Shown here: piece after piece, positions 36,454 to 47,400 of the stretch
Layout: each line of letters opens with the position of its first letter
How positions within the stretch are numbered: the stretch's first letter is position 1
NCBI GenBank assembly: GCA_964187785.1
Contig: OZ076409.1
Span: 86,678,001-86,742,000 of the forward strand
Direction: 5' to 3'
From: Amphiscolops sp. MND2022
Taxonomy: Eukaryota
Length of the DNA stretch: 64,000 bases
Position numbers and translations under genes: made by a program
Notes under the pieces: generated by a model
Told to the model about the DNA's origin: nothing
The model's input: only the letters and a program-made list of their open reading frames with translations
Database searches by the model: none

Positions 36454-37018
36454 TGTCATGAACATTTCGATGTGGTGTGTCTTCATGTTCACTATTAAGA
36501 GTATTTTTAGTCTTCACGTTGTACTGAACTTCGGGGTAACTTTCCGGTCTCTCATCAGATCTCTCCCACCTCATTCTAGTCTCTTGTCCTGAACCGGCCA
36601 TAATGTTTTGAATCTGGGGCAAAACCTGGTTATTGATGGCATCATTTATGGCTCTCTGGATCTGAGAACTGACACTGTTCATCACCTCGTCCATCTCTCT
36701 AGATATTCTAGAGTTCAATTCACTTGACAGCTTATTGATCTCAGCTTGAGAGTCTATGCTTGCTGAATTTTGGCCGTAATTAGCACTGGTCCCAACTCCA
36801 AGGTTTCTATGATCAGAATGGGAATTCATTACTTCGCTTTCCAAGTTATTACTTGTAATACTTTCCTGTCTCCTAATAGAAGTTCCATCGAGACTTCTGT
36901 CCCTTTCTGTATCATTAAAGTGGTTTTCACCTAACATTATGTCAAGGTTTTCAATGTCAGAGAGAATTTCTAATCCTCTAGATTTCCTTGTTTTCTTTTG
37001 CTTTCTCGTGGTAGGCAT
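36454..37018 (-). CDS. N-terminal part of a gag-like ORF starting inside the LTR, cut at the LTR end
   Basis: MPTTRKQKK… 188 codons with a coiled-coil-like stretch; its stop is supplied by the flanking TSD. Confidence 0.6.
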
Positions 37019-38290
37019 TAAGACAGAACCGGGTTGAATAATTCAATTATCAAAACCGGAAAACTGACAAAAGTCGTTGTATTAATTCAATCTTTATCAA
37101 AGTAAAGGTATGGGATTAGTGATCTTTTTTACAGGAATATAGCTATATATACTCCTAAAAAGATGACACTCACATTCCACAAATTCTTTGATCAAGAAAA
37201 CATCATATAACTATGGCCTCAACGGGTCATGTGACAAGTGTTAGTACAGCATCGGGTAGGGTGTTCAACACTTCAAAGCAGATATTTTAGGGTGATGTCC
37301 CGATTGGGAAAATTCCTAATTTCAGGGTAGTCCTTAGGAATTCAACATCAAAAGAATGATATTTAAAAGGGTACACAAGCAGCACCTTCAAGTGTCATGT
37401 TTATAAACATCATCAACATTATCCTGTCAACAAATACCAATGTCTATTGAACGAATGCAAAAAGCATCTCTTCGGAATGTGCTTGTGACACGCGTTACCA
37501 CGCGCCTATTATTCAACGTGAGTAGGAACTAGATTAAATATTACATGATCGGTTCTGCTTAAAATAATACGGCATTATTAAAATAACACACTTTCTGACA
37601 ATGCCGAAAATGGACAAATCCGTTTTATTAATACAGCACTATAATAAAAGAGGGTAAAAGCCTTATTCGGCTTTTGAGTGAGTACTAGGTTTATTAAGCT
37701 CGTTGCGCGGCATTGGGGTTTTCATTCATTATTAAGAGTACATTTACAGTATTTTACGATTAGTACACCCAATTAACACACATACAGGCTATTCCAACGA
37801 AGTGGCCGGTATCGGCCGTTTGACTAAAAGGCACAATTATTGAGTCAATTGGCCATACTCGGCCATTACATAATCAGAGTGGTATTACTTATAGAAAAGG
37901 AGCAACGTGATTGGCTAAGGAGTTGAGCTCAAGTGACGTCTCCGGAATAGGAGTTTCGTTCACTTGAACTCGTTTCCTTTCTACTGCACAGCTACATTGT
38001 CACGTATTACGTTTACAATAGCAAAGCGCCTTTCAATCTTTTGAAGTTGCAAATACACTATTTGAATCTTCAAATGTGACTTTTAACAGTCTAATTTTAC
38101 ATGTGCAAGTATATATATATCAAAACTAACAACATTAACAAACATATCATGTATTGAATAACAAAACAGCATGAAAGTTCTAAGTTTGTAAATTATCCCG
38201 ATTAATAAATGGGTAATGTTCCGGGTACGAATTCCTGTCCAGTTGCCGACGTTGTCACACTCGTACCGTCACAGGCGGCAGCCTGCGACA
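36454..38290 (-). repeat. 3' LTR, ~1837 bp
   Basis: Left end set by the TSD and TGT; right end set by where identity with the post-gap copy stops (…CCTGCGACA). Confidence 0.8.
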
Positions 38291-39068
38291 CTGCGGGAGT
38301 AATAAAAAGAAAACAGCCGGCGTTAAGTCCGTTCTCGTACGCTTCCTTCCTAAGCCTGGTGATGTGCTCAGGCTCATCTCTGGGTGTGGATCGCTGCATG
38401 TACCATTCCACCTTCTCGTTCTTGATCGAGTCCACTGAACGGCCGCAAACCATGCATCCCGTATAAGGCACCGCGCTGACATTTTGATAGGGCACTGTGT
38501 TTTGCACATGGTAGGACGCATGGAAGTTACTCGTGATTGACTGTGCAAGGGGAGTGTCCAAGCTTGGCCCTCTCTCGTGTTCCGGAGGTGACATTGGCGA
38601 TTCTAGGACTGGCATTATTGTGTTACAGAGCTCTATGCGTTTTTTTTCGATTTTCCTTGGCGGGGCATAACACATTTCCCTGTCAAAGTATTTAATGCCT
38701 AATTTCGGTGTCGTTCCTTCTTCTACATAAGACGTACTTGGCCCTGCTCTCGCTTCGTTTTCGGGTTCATCCATGGTCATCATCCTGTCCCCGATTAGCA
38801 CGGGACTGGAAGTAACTTCCCTTTCAATCCGGGCAATTAGCTGTTCGGTGTCTGTCGAACAGTCGGTCTCCCAGTCTGAGGATTCTTCTTCACTACTGGA
38901 TATGTAGATTACTGATTTGCTAGAATCATCGGATTCATATTCCTCAAAGTCAAACAACTTTCTTGAGAGGTTGAACTTACTCATTATTAGTTTTTTAGCG
39001 ATTTTTGAAGCTGTTAAGGCAACTGATTTGAGGTGAAGTTTTAGGTAGAATGAATTTATCCGATTCAA
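38202..39068 (-). CDS. Retrotransposon accessory ORF, unknown function
   Basis: 288 codons; acidic N-terminal part, CMVC; last ~29 codons lie inside the LTR. Confidence 0.55.
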   Translation of the reverse strand: MNRINSFYLKLHLKSVALTASKIAKKLIMSKFNLSRKLFDFEEYESDDSSKSVIYISSSEEESSDWETDCSTDTEQLIARIEREVTSSPVLIGDRMMTMDEPENEARAGPSTSYVEEGTTPKLGIKYFDREMCYAPPRKIEKKRIELCNTIMPVLESPMSPPEHERGPSLDTPLAQSITSNFHASYHVQNTVPYQNVSAVPYTGCMVCGRSVDSIKNEKVEWYMQRSTPRDEPEHITRLRKEAYENGLNAGCFLFITPAVSQAAACDGTSVTTSATGQEFVPGTLPIY

Positions 39069-40042
39069 GAACCTAGCCGAGTAAGGCGTTTTCCCGAAGT
39101 TTCCAATTTGGCGGTTAAAACTTCGGTTAGTCGTCCTGATCTGTCGTAAACCTTCCTGAATGGAATTCCATAACTGATCGGCACCCTTTGATATTTCAGT
39201 GTTTACCCCTCATCGGCGGCATCACTATGAGAGGTGTGAATGACGCTTGAATTATTCATATCAACTACACCAGCCTCAAGTGGGTAATTAACGGGTCGCT
39301 TGTAAACAATTAACGGCATGCGTCGCAAAGTTTTCTCAAAATGGCTTCAGCCAATCGGGATTAAGCTTTGATAATTGTAAAATTGAATAATAAAAGGGCG
39401 GAAAATAACAAACCTAAATAATCCCAAAATGGCGGAAATTCTAACTAAAGGGTAACTAAGGTAACTGGACGAAACGTCAAAATGAAACAAGGTAAACGGT
39501 CATAACCGGCCATTAACTAAGTAAACTGTAGATAATGAAGATCCTTGTACATTTCGCTGGCAGACTCCATGTACATTTTAAATATGTAGAAAATTGTATA
39601 ATATTAGTCTGGTAATCTTCTTCAGCCACGAACTCCAACTTCCCAATTCCTTTATTCAATTTAAATTCCAGTTCAATTCCAATTACTTCTCACATTCACG
39701 TTTTCAAATACGCCGTCTAATCATCATCTTCCAGCCTTCACAACGCCATAACTGTTGGGCTTCCACACTCCAAAACCTTCTTGGCCTTTCCTCCACCAAT
39801 CCCGATTCTTCTCAAATCCCCATCGGTAGACGGCCTGATTCGGACCAGTTCTCAGCAGTCCAATTCTCCAAGAGCATGTCTTCTGACTCAGGTTGGTTTG
39901 GGTTTTCATTTTAGAACCAATTTAACTTGATCAAGGTCAAATTTGTTCACTAAATACTTCCTGTTTCTATCACTAAACACGTGACGAGCACGTTTCATTC
40001 AAATTTGTCATACACTTCCGGAAGGTTTCTAATCGCGGTAAA

Positions 40043-43000
40043 ATGGATTCGTATCAAGGAAGTACACCGCTAAATTTCATTCCCTTTCGTTTAGAAATTC
40101 CGCCAAAGGAGAATGCTTCTGCACCAACCTTGCCCCAAGTCAGCAGTCCTGTTAATGTTGAGGACTTGACAACACTGGTAGAGGGACACAAGCAACATAA
40201 AGCTGGCCCTTCCGAGCCTCAGCCCGGGATACAACATGGTGGCTCAGCAGGTAGTCAAGACAGCGACACTGATGTTACTGGTTACGCTGATACTATGGTT
40301 CGACGGATGGAACAAACCCAATCCCCAGCCACGAAAGATAGTAGTCCTCCACCAACTGTCTCATCTCAGGGCCAGGAACTGACCTCAGGTACTCAGGAGT
40401 TGACGCCCACTGTACTTGAAGGGCGCAGATCGAGTACTCCTATCCATTCTGAGGAGGAGGGAAGACCAGAGGCAAACCTGTCAGCTTTGGAATCTGCCCT
40501 AGAAGTTGTCATGGTCTCTGGGTCACAGTTGCCTGAATTGAGGGATAGGGAAGATCAAAGCCAGTCGGAAGCAAGTGGCATTCAATCTAAGGCTGATGAA
40601 GACAATGCCTCAACAGTCTGTGATGTACCTGCACTTCCAGGAGGCGACCCTAAAGTACGCTTCGCAGTAAGTCGCAGCGAGGAAGAAGAGTCCGCAGAGG
40701 AGTCGAGCCGGCTTGTCCCAGTGGAATTGTATGGGTATCCTCCTTTTGCCCCTGAAACTGAAACCGAGTGTGAAGGGGATACTAGCTCTGAAAAGCAACC
40801 CCTGGGGCCCAGTAACACATGCGGGACCAGTGGAAGCCTTGGTCAGGACAGGCTTCCGGACCTTTCAGGACGCAGCAGGGCCATCCTGAAAGAATATTTT
40901 GAGGAAGCATCCCCGATCCGACTCCCTGTCGGACACACCACTGTCGCCTTCACTGAGCCCCAGGTGTACCATCTTCTGCGTACACTCACAGATGAGACTC
41001 TCCGTAGGTCCTTCAGTACTATGGAAAGAATGGTGCTCGATGCTGTACGTGGATCTCCAACCGCACTGCCATCACGAACGTCTCATTTTCAACTTAGGGG
41101 ACGAGCGCAAACCCCTGGACCTAGATCTCAGAGTGATTCCGAAACTGACAGCGACCATCCTGGGTCGGCTTCAGACCGTCCGGGATCAAGTGCGGAGGAC
41201 ACCGGTGGGTCATCTTTTTACGAAGAGACCGACAGTGCCACAGAGATGGACTTAATATCGAAGTCCTTCAAGCAAACTCCAGTAATTCTTCAGAGCGGAG
41301 GGATCCGGGAGGAAATAGAAGATACCCAGCAACAGGTAGAACTAGGGGCGGAAGGGTACAGCAGCCAGGACACTACCCTGCATGAGATGCGCGAACAGGC
41401 GCAGAAGAACTTGGACGCGGGACCTTCCAAATCCAAAAGGAAGAAAGGCAATAGGAGACTTTCCCGGAGGGGTGTTCCCATGCGAGAAGAATTTTTCTCA
41501 AAAATAGGGTGGACGAGGTCGTTCATATCCGGTCCGGCAGACCCTCTTCACAATCCCCATATGGCCTGGTGCCATATTTGCAAGAAAAACTTTTCTATAA
41601 AGTCAAAAGGTCCATACGAGATCCTAAGACATCACCGGACAGACCGACATTTGAGACGCGACCAAAGATGGCGATACGAGCATCTACGCAGCGTAGACCC
41701 TGTTAGTGGCAAGGTGCAACATCGGGTCAGAGGCGCCAATGGCAAGATCCTGACAAAAATCGAGTTGGCCAGTCAACTGCCCAAGTTCATCAACGTGGAA
41801 CTAGTGGACATTGGAGAGAGATTCCCCTTCTATGAGGATTTCTTGCGTGGAACCACTACTGCTTTAGTCACCCAAGAAGCTCGTGTTAAAACCCAACTCT
41901 GTCTGGTGGGCGACTTCATAAAGACGATAGGAGATCTCACTGTCTTGAGGAATTTATGGTCCAGGATGGGAGCCTACACCAACCATCAGGCTACAGTTTG
42001 CGATTTCGACTGGGGCGAAGAGCGCATAAGTGTAAGGGTATTTCCGTTCTCTTGTTCATAAGCTTGAATATTTCTAGTCCTAAGTAGTTTTGTTTCCTTT
42101 TCAGGCCATATTCCAGCATTTTCTCACAAGTGCCTTGAGTGACATTGCCGAACAAGTTACCACCCAACAATGCTTCGCCATAGAGTTCGAGACTGCAGGC
42201 ATTTACCGCTACATGACTGTCAAATTCTGGAAGGGCCATGAACTCTGCCGTGTCCTCATCTGTCGAAGTTCCCTTCCCGCAACTGATGTGACGGGTGAAC
42301 TTGGATCTCTGGCCCGGTTCTTGTCAGCGGTATCGACCCAACCTGATGTGGTGGCATGTTCCGGTTGCCATGTTGACCTGGTGAAGACGATTGACCAGTC
42401 GGACTACTTCCCGCAAGGGGTTCAAAGCTGTTTCCGCTTCGAGCAGCTGTCATTGCCCACCCTGATGCATAAGTCCAAGTACTCTGTTTTTGGCCAGATA
42501 GACTTCTTCTCTGTGCTCCAAGCTCTGATGGTGTCCTTAGGCGGTTGCCTCACAGAAGAATGGGCGCTGCGTAGCCCAGAGCTCACTAAAGTGAGTACAC
42601 CATCTCCGTCCTTTTCCTATTAGTCGTAGAATGAGTAGTGTTGGTACAGTGTGATACAGTCCTCAACATTGAAATGGGTTTTTACAGGCAGTTGTCAGTT
42701 GCAAGCTTGACATCCGGACCCTTCCAACTCTCTGTACAGAGCTTGTCAGGGAATGGAAACTCATCCTCCGGTACTTGACAGAACATGCCCCTATACAAGG
42801 AGGTCAAGGAGTTCGCAGCAGGGTTAGACCTTATCTTATCCCTTTAATAATACTGTCAGATGGGTCCAGAGGGGGGGGTTCTGGCTTCTTTTCCTTGCTA
42901 TGATACTGACGAACACTAACATAAGTGTTCTGTTTAAGGTACAGAGCTTCGAATGGTCCCTGATCTGTGACGAGTTTTTCGTCGTCAAGCTGGAGTTCTT

Positions 43001-44253
43001 TAACAGGCTCACGAGTGACTGTAAGTATTTCACTTTAAGGTGAAAAGCTACGGTTTTGTTCCACTTTAGGCATTAAACTTGTGTTTCCAGACGTGTCCAG
43101 TTTTCCCGTGAACCTCCAGCATAGACGTGATGCGTCCTTTTACCTTTGTGGGGAAGTCTGTCGGTTTCTGAGCCTGCTCTGTTCCCGCGTCTATACCCCA
43201 GATACTGCCCCCTTGGCGAATGCTTGGTTCTTGCTGCTACGCTTCCAGACTAGTGAGGCCACCTTCTTGGATGGAGAGGAGTATCTGGTGCGACTGAAGC
43301 TTACCAACAAAGTGTCATCTGCTAGTAACGCGAAGGCCGAAGGGATGCACTTTGGCAAGAAGTCGGAGCGCCCAGCAATCCTGGCAACTACTGAGACTGT
43401 AAAGTCTGATTTCGTCAAGGACAGTCAGCAGTACGTGCAGTACCTCATTAATGAAGTTCTTCGGCAGACTGGACTAACCACCAACATCGTGAAAGGGATG
43501 GCTACTTTTGATCCTTTCATTCTATTCAAGCGCCCTATGGACGTGGCCCTACGCCACTTTGACATCCTGTACAGTACCTTCTCCCTCCGTTCTTGGGTGT
43601 CCAGTACTAATGAGTCCTTGTGACGGGATCAGTACATGCAGCTTCTCGATCATCTGCGGACAGCTTATAGCCCAGATTTCGACATTACCAGTGTCTCCTG
43701 TGATTTAATTGAGTTCTTGTCTGAGCTGGAGTTCCTTCGAGACCGTAATTGTTTGTTCTACCTGTTCAAACTGTGTTGTTTGTGTGCCACCACTGTCAGT
43801 CCTACATACCCTGATGTTACTTTCGGGACAGTTTCCACCGCTGGACGCCATAGCAGGTTAACTGACGTCATTCTTCCAGTTCAAAGTTATATGTCTAACG
43901 TGCGAGATGCAGTTGCTTTCTGCAGTGATGACAGAAATCTTGCCAGATTCATTGACTTTTCTTCTTCTTTCGGGCGTTCTGCATTTGCTCCCGATTACGA
44001 TCCTTGGAGCTACGTGGACACTTTTGGCCGTTCAAAGATTTACAAGTCACTATCTGCTTCTTATCGTGTGGCTCTTTCTTCCCCTCAGAAGACTCTGGTC
44101 CGGATTGCGCCTGATGATATACATTCTGTAGCTGATACGTCCGCTGTGAAGGCTCCTTCCAGCACTAAACGGAGAAAGATGGAACGTCGCGCTTCCCGTT
44201 CATCTTCATCATCTGTCGTCGGAACTGATGAGCCTGGTTCCTCTAAAAACTAA
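40043..44253 (+). CDS. Antisense spliced passenger gene with BED-type zinc finger, hAT-transposase-like; exons 40043-42031, 42105-42590, 42688-~42820, 42939-43020, 43070-44253; one in-frame TGA at 43621
   Basis: WCHICKKNFS…ILRHHRTDRH finger; donors GTAAGG, GTGAGT, GTAAGT and acceptors TTTCAG, TTACAG, TTTAG join frames in phase; exon 3 donor uncertain. Confidence 0.65.
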
Positions 44254-44483
44254 CTGTACATATGTATGTATGTACTTTCAATTGTAAACTTTGTTAATTT
44301 CTTTGCCGTTTTGCTTGTTTATTCTTTGTTGTTTGTATCTCTCGATCCCTGTATTTATTCTTGTGTAAGGGACCCTTTGAATGCCCCACTATTTATTTCA
44401 AGGAAAAAGGAATCAAAGGGGCCAGAAAAAGGAAAATGAAAAGATAAAAGAAAAGAATTCCCATTTCCGGGAAAATTCAATTC

Positions 44484-47400
44484 TTAGTATCTAAAGTCTT
44501 CTGAGTAGTTTGGGTTAGGGTTAGGCCTGAGATTATATTTCCCTCCCCTAGGGCTCAGACTTTCATTTCTAGCATCATTTTCAGATATTTCGGGCACGAT
44601 AATATCATCCCCCCTTTTCGGAGAATTTTGTGCGTCGTTTTCATTCGTCAAATTTCTTTCTGAAAGGATTTCGTCATTTTCTGGTCTTTTATCCGGATCC
44701 GGTAAAGTTTTTTCTTGGCTTTTGGGGTAAACGGCCGGATTCGGCCAATCAGATTCGCTGTTGCTAGCCGCTTCACTAGCTTCATTTCTTTTTGTGACGT
44801 CATAATTTAATCTATCATTCCGGCTCCGCGTTGCGTGGTCAGCGTAGTTTGTTTCATCTCTCGTGATTATGTAATCCGCTTCATTCTCGTCTACGTTACT
44901 GTGACTCGGTTCTGCCGCATGCGGTTGTTCGCCACTCGGCAAGCTAGTCGGAATAGGATCATGTCCTCGTGTAATAAGCTGCTCGCCAAAGTTGGTTTCC
45001 CATGTGATTATATATAAGTCATCTTGCGGGATAACAATTTCTTCGTCAGGCTGTAGCTGCTGTTCTTGGAAATTGTCCTCAAGAGGCTGATTAGGGACAA
45101 ACTTTTTAAGGCGAATTCGATGCAGTATTTGAGTTTTGTTTGTGTTGATTCGTCGTACTATATAGTTTTCATTTGGCAAAACTTTTTGGACTACAAATTG
45201 TCCAATCCATCGATAATCACGGAATGGAATTTTTGATCCTTGATTGTCCGCTTTCGGCTGTAGGACAAAACAGTATTCGCTCTCCTTCAATGGAGCAGCT
45301 TTTGCCTTGCGATCGTAATATTCTTTGTATTTAAAATACGATTGCATGATGTTCTGCTTCGTCTTGTCAATCAAGGTTTTCGTCCGGTTTTGGATTTCTT
45401 CGGCAAATTCGGTTGTAGGACTGATCTTTTCGTTTGGATTATTTCCAAGCTTGTGATCCAAAATATTAAATGGAATTCTTCCATGAAATACTCTCGTTGG
45501 CTCACAACCGATGCTGGCGTGGTAAGTAGTATTATGATTCAGTACTGCTAATGGCAAGTATTTGTGCCATTGCCGGCGATATTCTCCACATGCCATTTTG
45601 AGATTTGTTTTCAATGAGGCATGAGTTCGCTCTAATTTCCCGACTGTCTGCGGGTGTTTTGTCGTTGCACATTTGAGTGTAATGCCCAAAATCTGCGTAA
45701 CTTCCGCGATAATTGTAGAAGTAAATGCAGTACCTTTGTCGGTGATAAGAGTCGTTGGTAGATATGAGTGTTTAGTCATAATGTCAATGAGCGCTTTTTC
45801 TACATTGATCGCTGATGCGTCCGTAAGGGGATAGGCAAACAAATATCTGGAGAATACATCAATCGCTGTTAGGACGTTTTCATATCCTCCACTTGGGGGA
45901 AGATTCGGCAATAGGTCGATCTGCATGGCGTCTTCAGGTCCAAGGTCCCATTCGGGCAAATTGAGTAATTCAGGTGTGATCGTTGCATTGGGGACTCGTT
46001 TGTCCTTTGCGCATTGTTCACAACCTTCTACCCATTTTTTGACGTGTTTAGCCATGCTGGGGTAGTAATACCTCTGTCGAATTTCCTGCAACATTTTTGA
46101 GATACCAGGATGTTTATGCGCTGTCCCATGGAGGGACTGAAGCAATTCCAGGAGTAGGTGTTGCGGGAGCAGAATTTGATGGTAATTGACATTCCCTGTT
46201 TCGTCAAAATATTGCCTTGTCAGGATTTCGTCCTTTAGTACAATTCGTTCCAGATTGTTTGCGTAGTGTCTATATCGGGCATCCTGGTGCAGTAGATTTT
46301 CTGAATATTCTTCATGAAACAGTTTTGCTTTCAATTGTTGTAGTACTGCATCTTTGGATTGCTCGATAATGATCTGGTTCGTTTTCCTCAATCGGGTTTG
46401 TATATCGGGGTGTTGTTTGACCAGATTTGTTGACAGAGTTTGTATAGTAACAGTGGGTTCATCAGTTGCTGGATTTTTCCTGATTGCTTTTTTCCTTGCC
46501 CAATACTGTTCCTCTGTCTCATCATCATCATTGGTGTAGAAGATTTGTTCTTCTTGTGACACCCCTGCGGATTGGACATTGATTTCTATTGGTAGTGTTT
46601 GTACATCTTCACGAATTTTCATCACCAATTTGTCCTTCGGGTCTGCTTCCAATCGGGACAATTAGTCAGCAGCTGTTTTTTGTGCCCCCGGGATGTGCGC
46701 TATGACAAAATTGAACTGAATCTCATAATCACACGCATTCTACAGGGCTGGGGGTATTATTTTAGTTTGAAAAAATCGTGTGACAGCTTTGTTGTCCGTG
46801 AGGATAATGACTGGTTTCGGAGCACCCCAAAAAACATGCCCAAATTCCCCGAATGCAAAGTAAATTGCAAGGAATTCTTTGGCATAAATTGACATCTTGA
46901 TCTGCGCTGGGGTGAAGGTTTTTGACCCATATGCGACAGGGGCATAGGATTTTCTGAGTGACGTAAATTTTTGGCTTGGATCGTCTTCAATTAGGACCGC
47001 ATATCCTGCTGCGCCAAAACTTGCGTCAGTCATTAGTGCAATTTGCTTGTTCGGAATGGGTTGCTGTAAGGCCAAATCGCAGCATTTGTCAAGTGCTTTG
47101 TTGATCTCCTCGAATTGTTGGACCAATTCTTTCGATAGTAGGACCTTTTCGTCACTTTTCAGCATCTTGTAGAATGGAGCAAGGCGTTCCGAAAGTCTTG
47201 GGACATAATTTCTGTAGTAGTTCAAGAATCCCAGGTAACGCTGCAAAGCCTTTTTCGATTTTGGGAATTTGGTTTATTCCAGAAAGTTTTGTACATTCTG
47301 TTTTTGGGGTTTGACGCCTTGTGGGGTGATTGTCCGTCCGAGAAAATCAATTTCTTTTGCACCAAAGTGACATTTGTGCATTGTTAACTTAAGGCCTGCT

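Noticed and set aside
37214..37236. TGTGACA plus adjacent sequence as LTR end and PBS
   Set aside because: The TSD places the real end at 36454, and the adjacent sequence does not begin with TGG or match a tRNA 3' end I can recognise.
43621..43623. In-frame TGA as selenocysteine or programmed readthrough
   Set aside because: The same element has three nonsense codons in pol, so decay is the simpler explanation; I identified no SECIS.
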